Shown: positions 22,513-31,919 of the stretch, piece after piece
Numbering within the stretch: position 1 is the first letter of the stretch
Layout: the number at the start of each line of letters is the position of its first letter
Origin: an uncultured Actinomycetes bacterium
GTDB lineage: Bacteria; Actinomycetota; UBA4738; HRBIN12
Length of the DNA: 64,000 bases
Direction: 5' to 3'
NCBI GenBank assembly: GCA_963816275.1
Contig: CAWFJU010000008.1
Span: 78,111-142,110, forward strand
Made by a program: the position numbers and the translations under genes
The notes under the pieces: generated by a model
Database searches by the model: none
Seen by the model: only the letters and a program-made list of their open reading frames with translations
Told to the model about the DNA's origin: nothing

Positions 22513-23040
22513 TCACGCCGCGGGGCACGTCCCCCACAGCCCGAGGGCGTCGGCGCGGGCCGCCCGCTGCGCGGCGAGGAACCGGTCGACGTACTTCACG
22601 TTCGGCGGGAACGTCGCCACGACCGCGTATCCGTCCGCGACGATCTGCTCGTCGAACAGACGCCCGCCGACCCACACGTACGCGAGCGTCCGGTCGTAGC
22701 GGTCGGTCCGTTCGACGTCGAACTCCAGCTCGATCCGCCGCCCCGCCAAGGCGCGCTCCGTGTAGGCGCTGGCCTCGGGACCGAAACAATCCTCGTAGGT
22801 GTACGGGCCGTCCCGCTCGGGCGTATCGATGCCGATCAGGCGGATCGTGGTGTCGCCGCCGTCGAGCGAGACGTGGATCGTGTCGCCGTCGACCACCCTC
22901 GTCACCGTGGCCACCACGAGCGCACCGGGCGACGGCGGCCCGGGACCCGTTGAGCCGTGTTCGACGGGCGACATCGGGTCGCAGGCGACGAGGAGGGTGA
23001 GCGCGGCAGCGATCGCGGCGATCAGACCCTTCGCGTTCAT
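22513..23040 (-). CDS. thermonuclease (SNase-like) lipoprotein
   Basis: MNAKGLIAAIAAALTLLVAC carries a lipobox. It is followed by VTRVVDGDTIHV...IRLIGIDTPE...DRYDRTLAYVW..., a staphylococcal-nuclease fold signature. Confidence 0.8.
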   Translation of the reverse strand: MNAKGLIAAIAAALTLLVACDPMSPVEHGSTGPGPPSPGALVVATVTRVVDGDTIHVSLDGGDTTIRLIGIDTPERDGPYTYEDCFGPEASAYTERALAGRRIELEFDVERTDRYDRTLAYVWVGGRLFDEQIVADGYAVVATFPPNVKYVDRFLAAQRAARADALGLWGTCPAA

Positions 23041-23063
23041 CGCCGAGACGCTACCGTAGCCCG

Positions 23064-24281
23064 ATGACGACCACGGACGTGTTCGGCTTCGCACCGGAGG
23101 ATCCGTCGTTCGTGGCCGATCCCTACCCGATCTACGAGCGGCTCCGTTCTGAGGCGCCCCTCCACTACGACGCGGCGACCGACCACTGGCTCGTTACGCG
23201 GTACGAGGACGTGAACGCGCTCTTGCGCGACCGCCGACTCGGGCGGACCTACCGGCATCTGGCCACCGACCGCGAGATGGGGCGGGCGACACCGCCTCCC
23301 GATCAGGCGCCCTTCTGGCATCTGATCGAACACGGCATCCTCGACATGGAGCCACCGGATCACACGCGCGTCCGACGGCTCGTCGCGAAGGCGTTCACCC
23401 CCCGGATGGTCGAGGCGATGCGCGCGCCGATCGAACGGCTGATGGGCGGACTCATCGACCGGGTCGAGGGGACGGGCGAGTTCGACCTCCTGCATGAGAT
23501 CGCGGAGCCGCTGCCCGTGGCCGTGATCGCGGAGCTGCTCGGGATCCCCGAGGATGACCGACCACACCTTCGACCCTGGTCGGCCGACATCTGCCGGATG
23601 TACGAGCTCCACCCGAGCGACGAGGACTCGGGGGTCGCGGTGCGGGCCTGCGTCGAGTTCTCCGACTACCTCCGCACGCTGTTGCGCGAGCGCCGCGCGC
23701 GTCCGACGGGAGATCTGATCAGCGAACTCGCGCTCGTCGTCGACGACGGGGAGCGGCTCACGGAGGACGAGCTGATCGGTACGTGCGTGCTGCTCTTGAA
23801 CGCGGGACACGAGGCCACGGTGAACGTTACCGCGAACGGCTGGTGGGCGTTGTTCCGGCACCCCCAGGCGCTCGCCACCCTCCGCGCCGACCCGTCGCTC
23901 GTGCCGCTCGCGGTCGAGGAGCTGATGCGCTGGGACACGCCGCTCCAGCTCTTCGAACGATGGGCCCTCGAGGACGTGGAGCTCTACGGCACGACCGTGC
24001 CGCGCGGGGCCGAGTTCGGGTTGGTGTTCGGCTCGGCGAACCGTGACCCGTCGGTGTTCGCCGAGCCGGGTGCCTTGCGGATCGACCGCGAGCCGAACCC
24101 GCACCTGACGTTCGGCGCGGGCATCCACTTCTGCTTGGGGGCGCCGCTCGCGCGGATCGAGCTGCAGACGTCGTTCGGGACGCTCCTGCGGCAGATGCCG
24201 GGACTCGAGCTGGTCGAGGAACCCCGGTGGAAGCCGAACTTCATCATCCGCGGGGTCGAGACGCTCCGCGTCCGGAGCTGA
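23064..24281 (+). CDS. cytochrome P450
   Basis: Intact 405 aa. The I-helix reads LLLNAGHEATVN, the ExxR motif is EELMR, and the heme loop is FGAGIHFCLGAPLAR. Confidence 0.9.
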   Translation: MTTTDVFGFAPEDPSFVADPYPIYERLRSEAPLHYDAATDHWLVTRYEDVNALLRDRRLGRTYRHLATDREMGRATPPPDQAPFWHLIEHGILDMEPPDHTRVRRLVAKAFTPRMVEAMRAPIERLMGGLIDRVEGTGEFDLLHEIAEPLPVAVIAELLGIPEDDRPHLRPWSADICRMYELHPSDEDSGVAVRACVEFSDYLRTLLRERRARPTGDLISELALVVDDGERLTEDELIGTCVLLLNAGHEATVNVTANGWWALFRHPQALATLRADPSLVPLAVEELMRWDTPLQLFERWALEDVELYGTTVPRGAEFGLVFGSANRDPSVFAEPGALRIDREPNPHLTFGAGIHFCLGAPLARIELQTSFGTLLRQMPGLELVEEPRWKPNFIIRGVETLRVRS

Positions 24282-24353
24282 CCGAGGAGGAACCCTCGGT
24301 TCGGCAGGCGACGAAGCGCCGCGGGCATGCTGCGTCCGGGTCGTGCCGCCTCG

Positions 24354-24427
24354 AGCCGGCGGTCGGATTCGAACCGACGACCTACCGATTACAAGTCGGT
24401 TGCGCTACCGGACTGCGCCACGCCGGC
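24354..24427 (-). tRNA. tRNA-Thr (anticodon TGT)
   Basis: The hand-folded cloverleaf is GCCGGCG-TG-GCGC-AGTCCGGTA-GCGC-A-ACCGA-CTTGTAA-TCGGT-AGGTC-GTCGG-TTCGAAT-CCGAC-CGCCGGC-T. CCA is not encoded. Confidence 0.9.
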
Positions 24428-24440
24428 GTATCGGGCGAGT

Positions 24441-24896
24441 CTACCCGCGCGGCCCGTAGCGGAAGGCATCCCGATTCGTCGCGAGCGCCCAGATGATGAA
24501 GCCGTCGACGGCCAGCGTGACGAGCGACGATCCGGGGTTCGCCCCGAGTTGCAGGATGCCTCCGAACACGCCGAGCCCCGCGAAGATGAACCCGAGGACC
24601 CGTCCGCCGGGACTGAGCCGAAGCACGAGGATGCCGGCGAGCAGGTTGCCCGCTCCGACGACGAGCGCGACGATCATCACCGCGCCGACGACGCCCCGAT
24701 CGATATCCAGGCTCGAGACGAAGAGCGCCGCGAGGAGGGTGAGCACACCGACCACGATCAGGGCGCAGGCGGCCCCGGTGACCACGCCGGGACGGCGAGC
24801 CGGAGCCGCCTCGGGCGACGGCAACGGCGAACGAGGGGCGCCGGCATCGCCGAAGGGCAGGTCCGGACGGCCGGGAGGGGGAGGCAGCTGGTCCAC
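24441..24896 (-). CDS. hypothetical membrane protein with a Pro-rich N-terminus
   Basis: 151 aa. It begins MDQLPPPPGRPDLPFGDAGAPRSPLPSP and continues with about 4 hydrophobic helices. GC3 is high. Confidence 0.55.
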   Translation of the reverse strand: MDQLPPPPGRPDLPFGDAGAPRSPLPSPEAAPARRPGVVTGAACALIVVGVLTLLAALFVSSLDIDRGVVGAVMIVALVVGAGNLLAGILVLRLSPGGRVLGFIFAGLGVFGGILQLGANPGSSLVTLAVDGFIIWALATNRDAFRYGPRG

Positions 24897-24916
24897 CTAT
24901 CGAGCGTATCCCCGGG

Positions 24917-25712
24917 TCACGGGCGGAACAACGACCGCGAGGGCAGCACGTAGGCGTAGAGGACCGCGGCGAGCGAGGCCGAGGCGTTCAGCGAGCCGAC
25001 GCGTCCGCCCATCGGGAGCGCCACCGATGCATCGCAACGCTCGCGCACGAGCCGCGCCATACCCTCGCCCTCGCTCCCGATCACGACGGCGACCCGGCCC
25101 GGAGGGCAGGGCTCGTCGTAGATCGTCGCCGGCGCGTCGCCGTCGAGCCCCACGACCCAGAACCCGGCGTCCTGGAGCCGTTCGATCGCCCGAGCGATGT
25201 TCGCTACGCGAGCATGCGGTAGATGGAGGAGCGCCCCCGCCGACGCACGCACCGCCGCCGGGGTCACGTCCGCCGCGCGGCGAGTTCGGGTCACGAGCAT
25301 CGCGACGCCCGCGGCCTCCGCCGAGCGCGCCGCCGCGCCGAGGTTCTGAGGATCGGTGATCCCGTCGAGGATCACGACCACCGCGTCGTCCGAGAAGTCC
25401 CACGTGGCGAGCGCGCGCTCGGTGAGCGGAGGCGCCGCCCGTTCGGGTCCCTCCCGGAGCCTCGCGACGACCCCCTGGTGGTCATCGGCGAGCGAGTCGA
25501 GGGTCGAGCGAGGGGTCGGGGTCACCGGCACATCGGCGGCACGGGCGGCATCGAGGAGCGCGCGCAGCCCCTGGGTGGCCTTGGGCGACGCCACGATCAA
25601 GACCTCCCGAGCTGAACCGGATCTGATCGACCTCGGTGACCGCTCTGCGGCCGGCGACGACGGCCGGCTCGCGTGCGCCTCGACCGCGTGACCGGTCCGG
25701 TCGTCCGCTCAC
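24917..25712 (-). pseudogene. rlmB: 23S rRNA (guanosine-2'-O)-methyltransferase RlmB (TrmH/SpoU family), single frameshift near the N-terminus
   Basis: A GTG at 25712 overlaps the ispF stop (GTGA). The segment ...VVAGRRAVTEVDQIRFS shifts near 25608 into REVLIVASPKATQGLRALLDAA...ILDGITDPQNLGAAARSAEAAGV...VVIGSEGEGM...IPMGGRVGSLNASASLAAVLY, which carries the SpoU motifs. Confidence 0.85.
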
Positions 25713-26182
25713 ACCAGCACGGCGACGGCGAGGCATCCGGCGCCGTCCCCCGCGAGCCCCAGTCCCTCGGGCCGGGTGGCCTTGACCGATATCGCGCCAG
25801 GATCGATCCCGAGCACGGCGGCCAGGGTGGCCCGCATCTCGTCACGGCGTGGCGCCACGGCCGGGCGCTCGCAGATCACCGTCACGTCGCACGACGCCAC
25901 CTCGAGGCCCGTCTCCCGCACGAGCGCCACGCTCCGTCCGAGGAGCTCCGCCCCCTTGATCCCGGCCACGGCCGGATCGGTGTCCGGGAAATGGGCCCCG
26001 ACGTCGCCCAGGGCGGCCGCACCGAGGAGAGCGTCGGCGAGCGCGTGGCATACGGCGTCGCCGTCGGAATGGCCGGCCAGCCCGTCGACGTCGTCGAAGC
26101 GCAGACCACCGAGCCACATCGTTCGGCCCTCCGCGCGCTCGTGGACGTCGAATCCCAGCCCTACCCTCGGCGTCTCAGGCAT
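25709..26182 (-). CDS. ispF: 2-C-methyl-D-erythritol 2,4-cyclodiphosphate synthase
   Basis: MPETPRVGLGFDVHERAEGRTMWLGGLRFDDVDGLAGHSDGDAVCHALADALLGAAALGDVGAHFPDTDP... Confidence 0.93.
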   Translation of the reverse strand: MPETPRVGLGFDVHERAEGRTMWLGGLRFDDVDGLAGHSDGDAVCHALADALLGAAALGDVGAHFPDTDPAVAGIKGAELLGRSVALVRETGLEVASCDVTVICERPAVAPRRDEMRATLAAVLGIDPGAISVKATRPEGLGLAGDGAGCLAVAVLV

Positions 26183-26870
26183 CGGCTCCGCCCATCCGCG
26201 CCTCGGCACGGGCGAGGTCGAGCATCGTGGTGATCTTCACGTTCATCGGGTCACCGGGGATCGCCCGCACGACGCAGCCCGCGGCCTCGAGCGCTTGCGC
26301 GTCGTCCGTGACCTCGAGGCCCGTCGCCGCGGCCCGGTCGTGCGCCGCGCGCAGCGCGTCCGCCCGGAACGCCTGCGGAGTCTGCGCGAGCGCGAGCTCC
26401 TCGCGCGGAACCGTGGTCACCACGAGCCCGTCGAGCACGCGCTTGACCGTGTCGGCGACCGGGAGGACGGGGATCGCGCCATCCGCCTCGTCGTCAACGG
26501 CCTCGAGCACCGACACGAACAGAGCGGGCGGGGCGAAGGGGCGGGCCGCATCATGCACGGCCACGAGCTCGATCCCGGCTCCGATCGCACCCAACGCGGC
26601 GCGGACCGACGCCTGCCGCGAATCGCCCCCGGGGATCACCGTGCAAGGGATCCCGAGGCCCTCGACGCAGGAACGTGCTCGGGCCTCGAACCCGTCGGGG
26701 ACCGTCACGATCAACTCGTCGACGGCTCCCGACGCCGCCGCCGCCGCGGCTGCCACCGCGAGGATCGGCCGACCACCGATCGACAGGAACGCCTTCGGCT
26801 CGTCGGCGCCGAGGCGCCGGCCCGCGCCGGCGGCGAGCACGATCGCGGCCGCTGCCGGTCGAGGATCCAT
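26175..26870 (-). CDS. ispD: 2-C-methyl-D-erythritol 4-phosphate cytidylyltransferase
   Basis: MDPRPAAAAIVLAAGAGRRLGADEPKAFLSIGGRPIL...VAVHDAARPF...VADTVKRV...LALAQTPQAF... It overlaps the ispF start by 8 nt. Confidence 0.92.
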   Translation of the reverse strand: MDPRPAAAAIVLAAGAGRRLGADEPKAFLSIGGRPILAVAAAAAAASGAVDELIVTVPDGFEARARSCVEGLGIPCTVIPGGDSRQASVRAALGAIGAGIELVAVHDAARPFAPPALFVSVLEAVDDEADGAIPVLPVADTVKRVLDGLVVTTVPREELALAQTPQAFRADALRAAHDRAAATGLEVTDDAQALEAAGCVVRAIPGDPMNVKITTMLDLARAEARMGGADA

Positions 26871-26921
26871 GCGGGCAAGCATGCCAGACGTCCGCACAGG
26901 TGGTGCAGGAGGGAGATCCGG

Positions 26922-28007
26922 TCAGGCGTCGACGGGATGCTCGGAGTCCAGTGCCGCGAAGACCATCCGCCCGGTGGTGGTCTGGATAACGTTCGTCACC
27001 CGGACGTCGACCTGGGTGCCGATGTGGTCGCTCGCCTGCTCCACCACCACCATGGTGCCGTCGTCGAGGTAGGCCACCGCCTGCGCGTGCTCGCGGCCCT
27101 CCTTGACCAGCCGGACCGAGATCTCGTCGCCCGCCGTGTACGGCACCCTGAACTTCGTCGCCAGGGCGTTGATCTGGGCGACGGGCACGCGGAGCGCCTC
27201 GGCGACCTTGGCGAGGTTGTGATCCACGGTGATCAGGGACGCCCCCCGTTCACGAGCGAGTCGAACCAGGGCCGCGTCCACGTCGATCACGCCGGCTTCC
27301 TCGACGAGCTGGAACTGGATCGTGGGGGCCTTCTGGAGCTCCACGAGCACGTCGAGGCCGCGCCGCCCTCTCGTCCGCCGGCGAGGATCGGACGAGTCGC
27401 TGATCGCCTGGAGCTCGCGGAGCACGCCGTCGTGCAGCAAGATCGTGCCGCTCACGAAGCCCGTCGCCACGAGGTCGGCGACACGACCGTCGATCAACGC
27501 GCTCGTATCGACGACGTGCAGGTCGCCGCGGGCGGCGGCGCTCGACGCCTGTGGCTTCATCCCGACGAGCGCGAAGATGTCCTCGAACTTCGCCTTGCCG
27601 AGGCGGAAGCCGAGCGAGCCGAGCACGAGGTAGATGAACACGACGGCCGGCCAGGCGACCCCGACGGGGAGGACGAGGAACGGCACCATCATCACGGCGG
27701 CGACCACGAGCCCGACGATCAGCCCCACGACGCCTCCGGCCAGCTGCGGCGCCGGGGTGCGGCGGAGCTCCCGCTCGAGCCCACTCACCGCCCGGAGGGT
27801 CAGCCGGCCCGCCACGCCACCGATCACGAAGCCGGCGCCGGCACCCAGGAAGATCCAGAGCAAGGCTCGGCTCGGGCTATCGGCGGCCTGCGAGGCACCG
27901 ACCTGGTACCCGGCGGTCGCGAGCAGGGCGATGAAGAGCAGGCGGACGCCCTCGACCAAACGCCCACGGAGGGCCGTCTTGCGAGGCTCCGGTTCGCTCA
28001 TGGCCAC
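26922..28007 (-). CDS. PIN + TRAM domain membrane protein (YacL-like)
   Basis: Intact 361 aa. It has four N-terminal TM helices, a PIN region (HVVDTSALIDGRVADLV...) and a C-terminal TRAM region (GDEISVRLVKEGREHAQAVAYLDDGTMVVVE...VRVTNVIQTTTGRMVFA). It occupies the conserved position between carD and ispD. Confidence 0.8.
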   Translation of the reverse strand: MAMSEPEPRKTALRGRLVEGVRLLFIALLATAGYQVGASQAADSPSRALLWIFLGAGAGFVIGGVAGRLTLRAVSGLERELRRTPAPQLAGGVVGLIVGLVVAAVMMVPFLVLPVGVAWPAVVFIYLVLGSLGFRLGKAKFEDIFALVGMKPQASSAAARGDLHVVDTSALIDGRVADLVATGFVSGTILLHDGVLRELQAISDSSDPRRRTRGRRGLDVLVELQKAPTIQFQLVEEAGVIDVDAALVRLARERGASLITVDHNLAKVAEALRVPVAQINALATKFRVPYTAGDEISVRLVKEGREHAQAVAYLDDGTMVVVEQASDHIGTQVDVRVTNVIQTTTGRMVFAALDSEHPVDA

Positions 28008-28109
28008 CGTCCGATCGTCCGACGGGCAGCCCGGAGCGCCGGGCGCGCGAGAGCTACCCCTTACCGGAGTGGCATCGGCCCCTGGAGGAGGGGCCTGTAG
28101 GGCCCGAGA

Positions 28110-28619
28110 TCAGGCCTGGGCGACCATCTTGGCGCCGTGGGCGCCGTCGAGGGTGTCGTCGATCAGGGCCTCGGCGTCCTCTTCGGACTTGCCGGTGGCG
28201 TGTGAGAGCTCGGAGATCAGGATCTGCCGGGCCTTGGTGATCATCCGCTTCTCGCCGGCCGACAGGCCCTTCTCGCGATCGCGGATCGAGAGGTTCCGGA
28301 GCACCTCGGCCACCTGATACGGGTCGCCCGAGTGCAGCTTCTCCATGTTGTTCTTGAATCGCCGGCTCCAGTTGGCGGCCATCGAGGACTCGTCCTCGGT
28401 GAGCACCTTGAGGACCTTCTTGACCTCGGCCTTGCTGACCACCGAGCGAAGCCCGACCTGATCGGTCGAGTCGGTGGGGATCATCAGGGTGAGGTCCCCG
28501 TAGGCGACGCGGAGCACCAGGTAGGTTCGGGTCTCGCCGAGGAACTCCTTCTCACGCAGCTCTTCGATCACCGCCGCGCCATGCTCAGGGTGCACAACCG
28601 TATCGCCTTTGCGGAACAC
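28110..28619 (-). CDS. carD: CarD family RNA-polymerase-binding transcriptional regulator
   Basis: A GTG start follows GGGGAGG. The translation is MFRKGDTVVHPEHGAAVIEELREKEFLGETRTYLVLRVAYGDLTLMIPTDSTDQVGLRSVV... Confidence 0.92.
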   Translation of the reverse strand: MFRKGDTVVHPEHGAAVIEELREKEFLGETRTYLVLRVAYGDLTLMIPTDSTDQVGLRSVVSKAEVKKVLKVLTEDESSMAANWSRRFKNNMEKLHSGDPYQVAEVLRNLSIRDREKGLSAGEKRMITKARQILISELSHATGKSEEDAEALIDDTLDGAHGAKMVAQA

Positions 28620-28752
28620 GAAACCTCCCCTGGAGTGGTACGCGTGGGATTCGCGAGCTGACTAGTCAGAGGGTAGCACGGGACCTCCTTGCGGCGCAAC
28701 CCAAAACCGCAGGTCAGAAGGCTATTCCGACCCCCGACAGGGTCCGAACGGC

Positions 28753-30111
28753 CTACGCCGAAGGGTCCCGCAGGCTCCCGGCGGCCGAGGGGAACGCCCA
28801 GCTCACGGCCTCGCGCACGTGCCGTACGGGCTTGATCCGGACCCCGTCGATCGTCCCCGGGGCTCCCTCGGGGGCGAAGACGACACTGCACCCGGCCGCG
28901 CGGGCGGCGGCGAGACGCTGCGCGACCGCCGGCGCTGGCCGGACGAGGCCGGTGAGCGCCACCTCGCCGACGAACGCGGCGCCTGCCGGTGGCGGCGTTC
29001 CGGTCGCGGCCGAGGCGAGCGCGGCCGCGACGGCGAGGTCGCAGGCGGGATCGTCGATCCGGACGCCGCCCGAGGACGCCCCGAACAGCTCGGCGCGGCC
29101 GAGCGGGATCCCGGCCGCCCGGTCGAGGACCGCCGCCACGAGCTGGAACCGGCGTGGGTCGAGTCCGGTCGCCTGGCGACGGCCGGGGCCGTCGGTCGAG
29201 CCGACGAGGGCCTGCACCTCGACGGCGAGCGCACGACGCCCGGCCTGTGGCAGCGCCGTCGCCGCTCCGGCGACCCGTTCGCCGCTCACGAGCAGGTCGG
29301 TGGGATCGATCTCTCGGAGCCCGTCGCCGCCCATCTCGAACCACGCCGACTCACCCTCGGCGCCGAACCGGTTCTTGCCGCCCGAGAGCACGCGGAGCCC
29401 CGACCGCGGATCGCCGTCGAAGGTCAGGACCACGTCAACGGCGTGTTCGAGCGCCCGCGGCCCCGCGAGGTCCCCGTCTTTGGTTACGTGGCCCGTCAGC
29501 AGCACGGCGATGCCTTCGGCCTTCCCGAGGCCCACGAGCGCGTCGGTGCACGTGCGCACCTGCGAGACGCCGCCGGGCACCTGCGTGCCCGCGGTGTCGC
29601 GGATCGTCTGGATCGAGTCGACCGCCAGGAGGAACGGCCGTGCCTCCCGTGCGAGTTGCAGCACCTGTTCGAGATCGCGTCCGGGCGCGAACTCGATCCC
29701 GCGATCGTCGATCCCGAGCCGACGGGCACGAGCCGCCACCTGCGCGTGGGATTCCTCGCCACTCACCAACAACGTCGGCAGGCCCGCGGCTGAGAGATGG
29801 CCGAGCAGATGCAGGAGGAGGGTCGACTTGCCGATCCCGGGCTCACCGGCGAGGAGCGCCACCGAGGCGGGCACGAGGCCTCCACCCAGAACGCGGTCGA
29901 TCCCCTCGAAGCCCGAGGCCACGCGTCCCTCGTCGGCCGGCGCCTCCGCCCCGACGAGTGAGACCCGAGCCGGCGCCGGACCACCGTTCGAGCGCCCGCC
30001 CGCGGCCTCCTCGATCGTGCCCCACGCACCGCAGCCTGGGCAGCGCCCGACCCACTGCGACACCTGTTGCCGACACGACGAGCACGCGAGGATCGTCCTG
30101 GTCTTCGCCAT
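28753..30111 (-). CDS. radA: DNA repair protein RadA
   Basis: The start is taken at the internal ATG. The translation is MAKTRTILACSSCRQQVSQWVGRCPGCGAWGTIEE...LLAGEPGIGKSTLLLH...KNRFG..., followed by a Lon-like C-terminus. Confidence 0.93.
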   Translation of the reverse strand: MAKTRTILACSSCRQQVSQWVGRCPGCGAWGTIEEAAGGRSNGGPAPARVSLVGAEAPADEGRVASGFEGIDRVLGGGLVPASVALLAGEPGIGKSTLLLHLLGHLSAAGLPTLLVSGEESHAQVAARARRLGIDDRGIEFAPGRDLEQVLQLAREARPFLLAVDSIQTIRDTAGTQVPGGVSQVRTCTDALVGLGKAEGIAVLLTGHVTKDGDLAGPRALEHAVDVVLTFDGDPRSGLRVLSGGKNRFGAEGESAWFEMGGDGLREIDPTDLLVSGERVAGAATALPQAGRRALAVEVQALVGSTDGPGRRQATGLDPRRFQLVAAVLDRAAGIPLGRAELFGASSGGVRIDDPACDLAVAAALASAATGTPPPAGAAFVGEVALTGLVRPAPAVAQRLAAARAAGCSVVFAPEGAPGTIDGVRIKPVRHVREAVSWAFPSAAGSLRDPSA

Positions 30112-30160
30112 GACCAGGACGCTAGCGGGCGCCACCGACACGCCGCGGTAGGCTCGCCGC

Positions 30161-30748
30161 ATGAACGTCTCCACGATGTCGACGCTGTTCGCGTTGCTCA
30201 CGGTGGTCGCCGACCTCGCCGTGCTCGTGATCCTCGTGGTGGGCGTGGGCGCTCGATGGTCCCAGGGGCTACGGGGAGCGCGCGCCGCCCTGTGCGATCT
30301 GATGTCGGAGACGGGGCTCTGGCTCGCCTGGCTGGTCGCGCTCACCGCGACGCTGGGGAGCCTCTACTACTCCGAGGTCGCACATTTCTTGCCCTGTAAG
30401 CTCTGCTGGTACCAGCGGATCGGGATCTACCCGCTCGCCGTGGTCCTGCTCCTGGCGGCGCTCCGGCGTGACCGGGCGATCCGCTTCTACGCGATCCCGG
30501 TGGCAGCGATCAGCGCGGCGATCAGCACTTACCACTACCAACTGGAGCGGTTCCCGAACCAGACCTCCCCGTCGTGCAGCGTGGAGGCTCCGTGCACCGT
30601 CGTCTGGGTCTGGCGGTTCCACTACATCTCGATCCCGATGATGGCCCTGTCGGCGGCGCTCCTCATCGTCGCGCTGCTGTGGGCCGCGGGTCGGGGCGAC
30701 CACACCCCGTGGAAGCTCGACGACCCGATCCTCCCCGATCCCGGCTAG
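30161..30748 (+). CDS. disulfide bond formation protein, DsbB/BdbC family
   Basis: 195 aa with four TM helices. The motifs are LPCKLCWYQRIGIYP and a second Cys pair, SCSVEAPC. Confidence 0.8.
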   Translation: MNVSTMSTLFALLTVVADLAVLVILVVGVGARWSQGLRGARAALCDLMSETGLWLAWLVALTATLGSLYYSEVAHFLPCKLCWYQRIGIYPLAVVLLLAALRRDRAIRFYAIPVAAISAAISTYHYQLERFPNQTSPSCSVEAPCTVVWVWRFHYISIPMMALSAALLIVALLWAAGRGDHTPWKLDDPILPDPG

Positions 30749-30835
30749 CGCTGGCGCTCGCCGTCGCCGGACCGTATAGTGGTTCGGCTCGGCGCGATCG
30801 GCGCGCCGACACGACCGCAGAAGGAGGGATGAGGT

Positions 30836-30907
30836 ATGGCCGCGATCTCGGTTCTCGACATCGCGCGCGCGCCGCGTCCCTCCCGGTCGCTTCGCGTCGC
30901 CGCCTGA
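30836..30907 (+). other. possible 23-codon small ORF / leader peptide with a strong Shine-Dalgarno
   Basis: AAGGAGGG lies 7 nt before ATG GCC GCG ATC TCG GTT CTC GAC ATC GCG ... TGA (MAAISVLDIARAPRPSRSLRVAA). GC3 is about 86%. A TATAGT hexamer lies at 30775-30780. Confidence 0.25.
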
Positions 30908-31006
30908 CCCTCCGGCCGGCGCCGCCCTGCACTCCTTCGGGGACGTGGCTTCGTCATGTCCACGTCACGGCCGCTCCGGCGGCCACCCACCGGAAGGAGC
31001 ACCGCG

Positions 31007-31768
31007 TTGTACGACGCGAACGCACTCGAGCACTTCTTCGATGAAGGGCTTATCGAGAAGGTCATCAGACCGATCAAGAGTGGCAAGGAGGCATCGGTCC
31101 ACCTGTGCCGCGCGAACCAACGGACCACCGGCGAGGAGCTCGTCGCGCTGAAGCTGTACCACCCGCTCGATCGGCGGGACTTCCGTGACGACGCGATCTA
31201 CCACGACGGCGAGTGGATCAAGCCACGGCGCGTCCGCGTCGCGCTTGAGAAGAAGACACGCTTCGGGCGCGAGGTGCAAGGCGGGATCTGGGTCAACCGC
31301 GAGTGGGAGATGCTGCGCCTACTCTCGGATGCGGGCGCGCCCGTGCCTCGCCCGATCGAGCGCACGGACGAGGCCGTGTTGATGACCTATGTCGGCGACC
31401 TCGACGCCGCCGGGCCGCAGTTGCATTCGTACCGGCCAGACGATCGCGACGAGGCCGAGGCGCTCTTCGACCAGACGATGAAGGCCGTCGAGCATTTCCT
31501 GTTTCGGAACGCGATCCACGGCGACCTCTCCCCGTACAACATCCTCGTCTGGGAGGGCCAGCTCACCGTGATCGACTTCCCGCAGGCGGTCGACGCCCGC
31601 AAGAACAAGCACGCGGAGGCGCTGCTCGGACGCGACGTCAAGCGCATGTGCGACCACTTCGAGCGCTGGGGGGTTCACCGCCCCGCCGAGCAGATCGCGC
31701 AGGACCTCTGGACCGCCTGGATGTTCGCCGATCTCGTCCCCGATGAGCTGCGGGGTCTCACGATGTGA
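31007..31768 (+). CDS. RIO-type serine protein kinase
   Basis: A TTG start at 31007 follows GGAAGGAG by 7 nt (the ORF track starts at the ATG at 30956). The translation is LYDANALEHFFDEGLIEKVIRPIKSGKEASVHLCR...ALKLYH...REWEMLRLL...VLMTYVG...IHGDLSPYNILVWEGQLTVIDFPQAVD, which carries RIO1 signature blocks. Confidence 0.8.
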   Translation: MYDANALEHFFDEGLIEKVIRPIKSGKEASVHLCRANQRTTGEELVALKLYHPLDRRDFRDDAIYHDGEWIKPRRVRVALEKKTRFGREVQGGIWVNREWEMLRLLSDAGAPVPRPIERTDEAVLMTYVGDLDAAGPQLHSYRPDDRDEAEALFDQTMKAVEHFLFRNAIHGDLSPYNILVWEGQLTVIDFPQAVDARKNKHAEALLGRDVKRMCDHFERWGVHRPAEQIAQDLWTAWMFADLVPDELRGLTM

Positions 31769-31919
31769 CCTGACGTCCCAGCTCGATTTCCCTGGATCGT
31801 CGCGCTGTGATATCCCGCTGACGGAGGTCTGGGGCACGCCCGCACCCAGGAGGGTTCATGCGGGCAGACGCCGACGTCGTCAGGATCCATCGGGAGGCAG
31901 GGCCCTCCGGCCGCACGGT

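Noticed and set aside
18086-24427. A genomic island integrated at tRNA-Thr(TGT), containing the sulfur operon, D-aminoacylase, nuclease and P450.
   Set aside because: I saw no integrase or recombinase gene, no direct repeat of the tRNA 3' end, and no compositional shift relative to the flanks.
28658-28669. A perfect 12-nt palindrome, CTGACTAGTCAG, about 40 nt upstream of carD, as a possible operator.
   Set aside because: It is a single short palindrome with no second half-site and no known matching regulator motif. It could equally be part of the promoter spacer. It is noted only.
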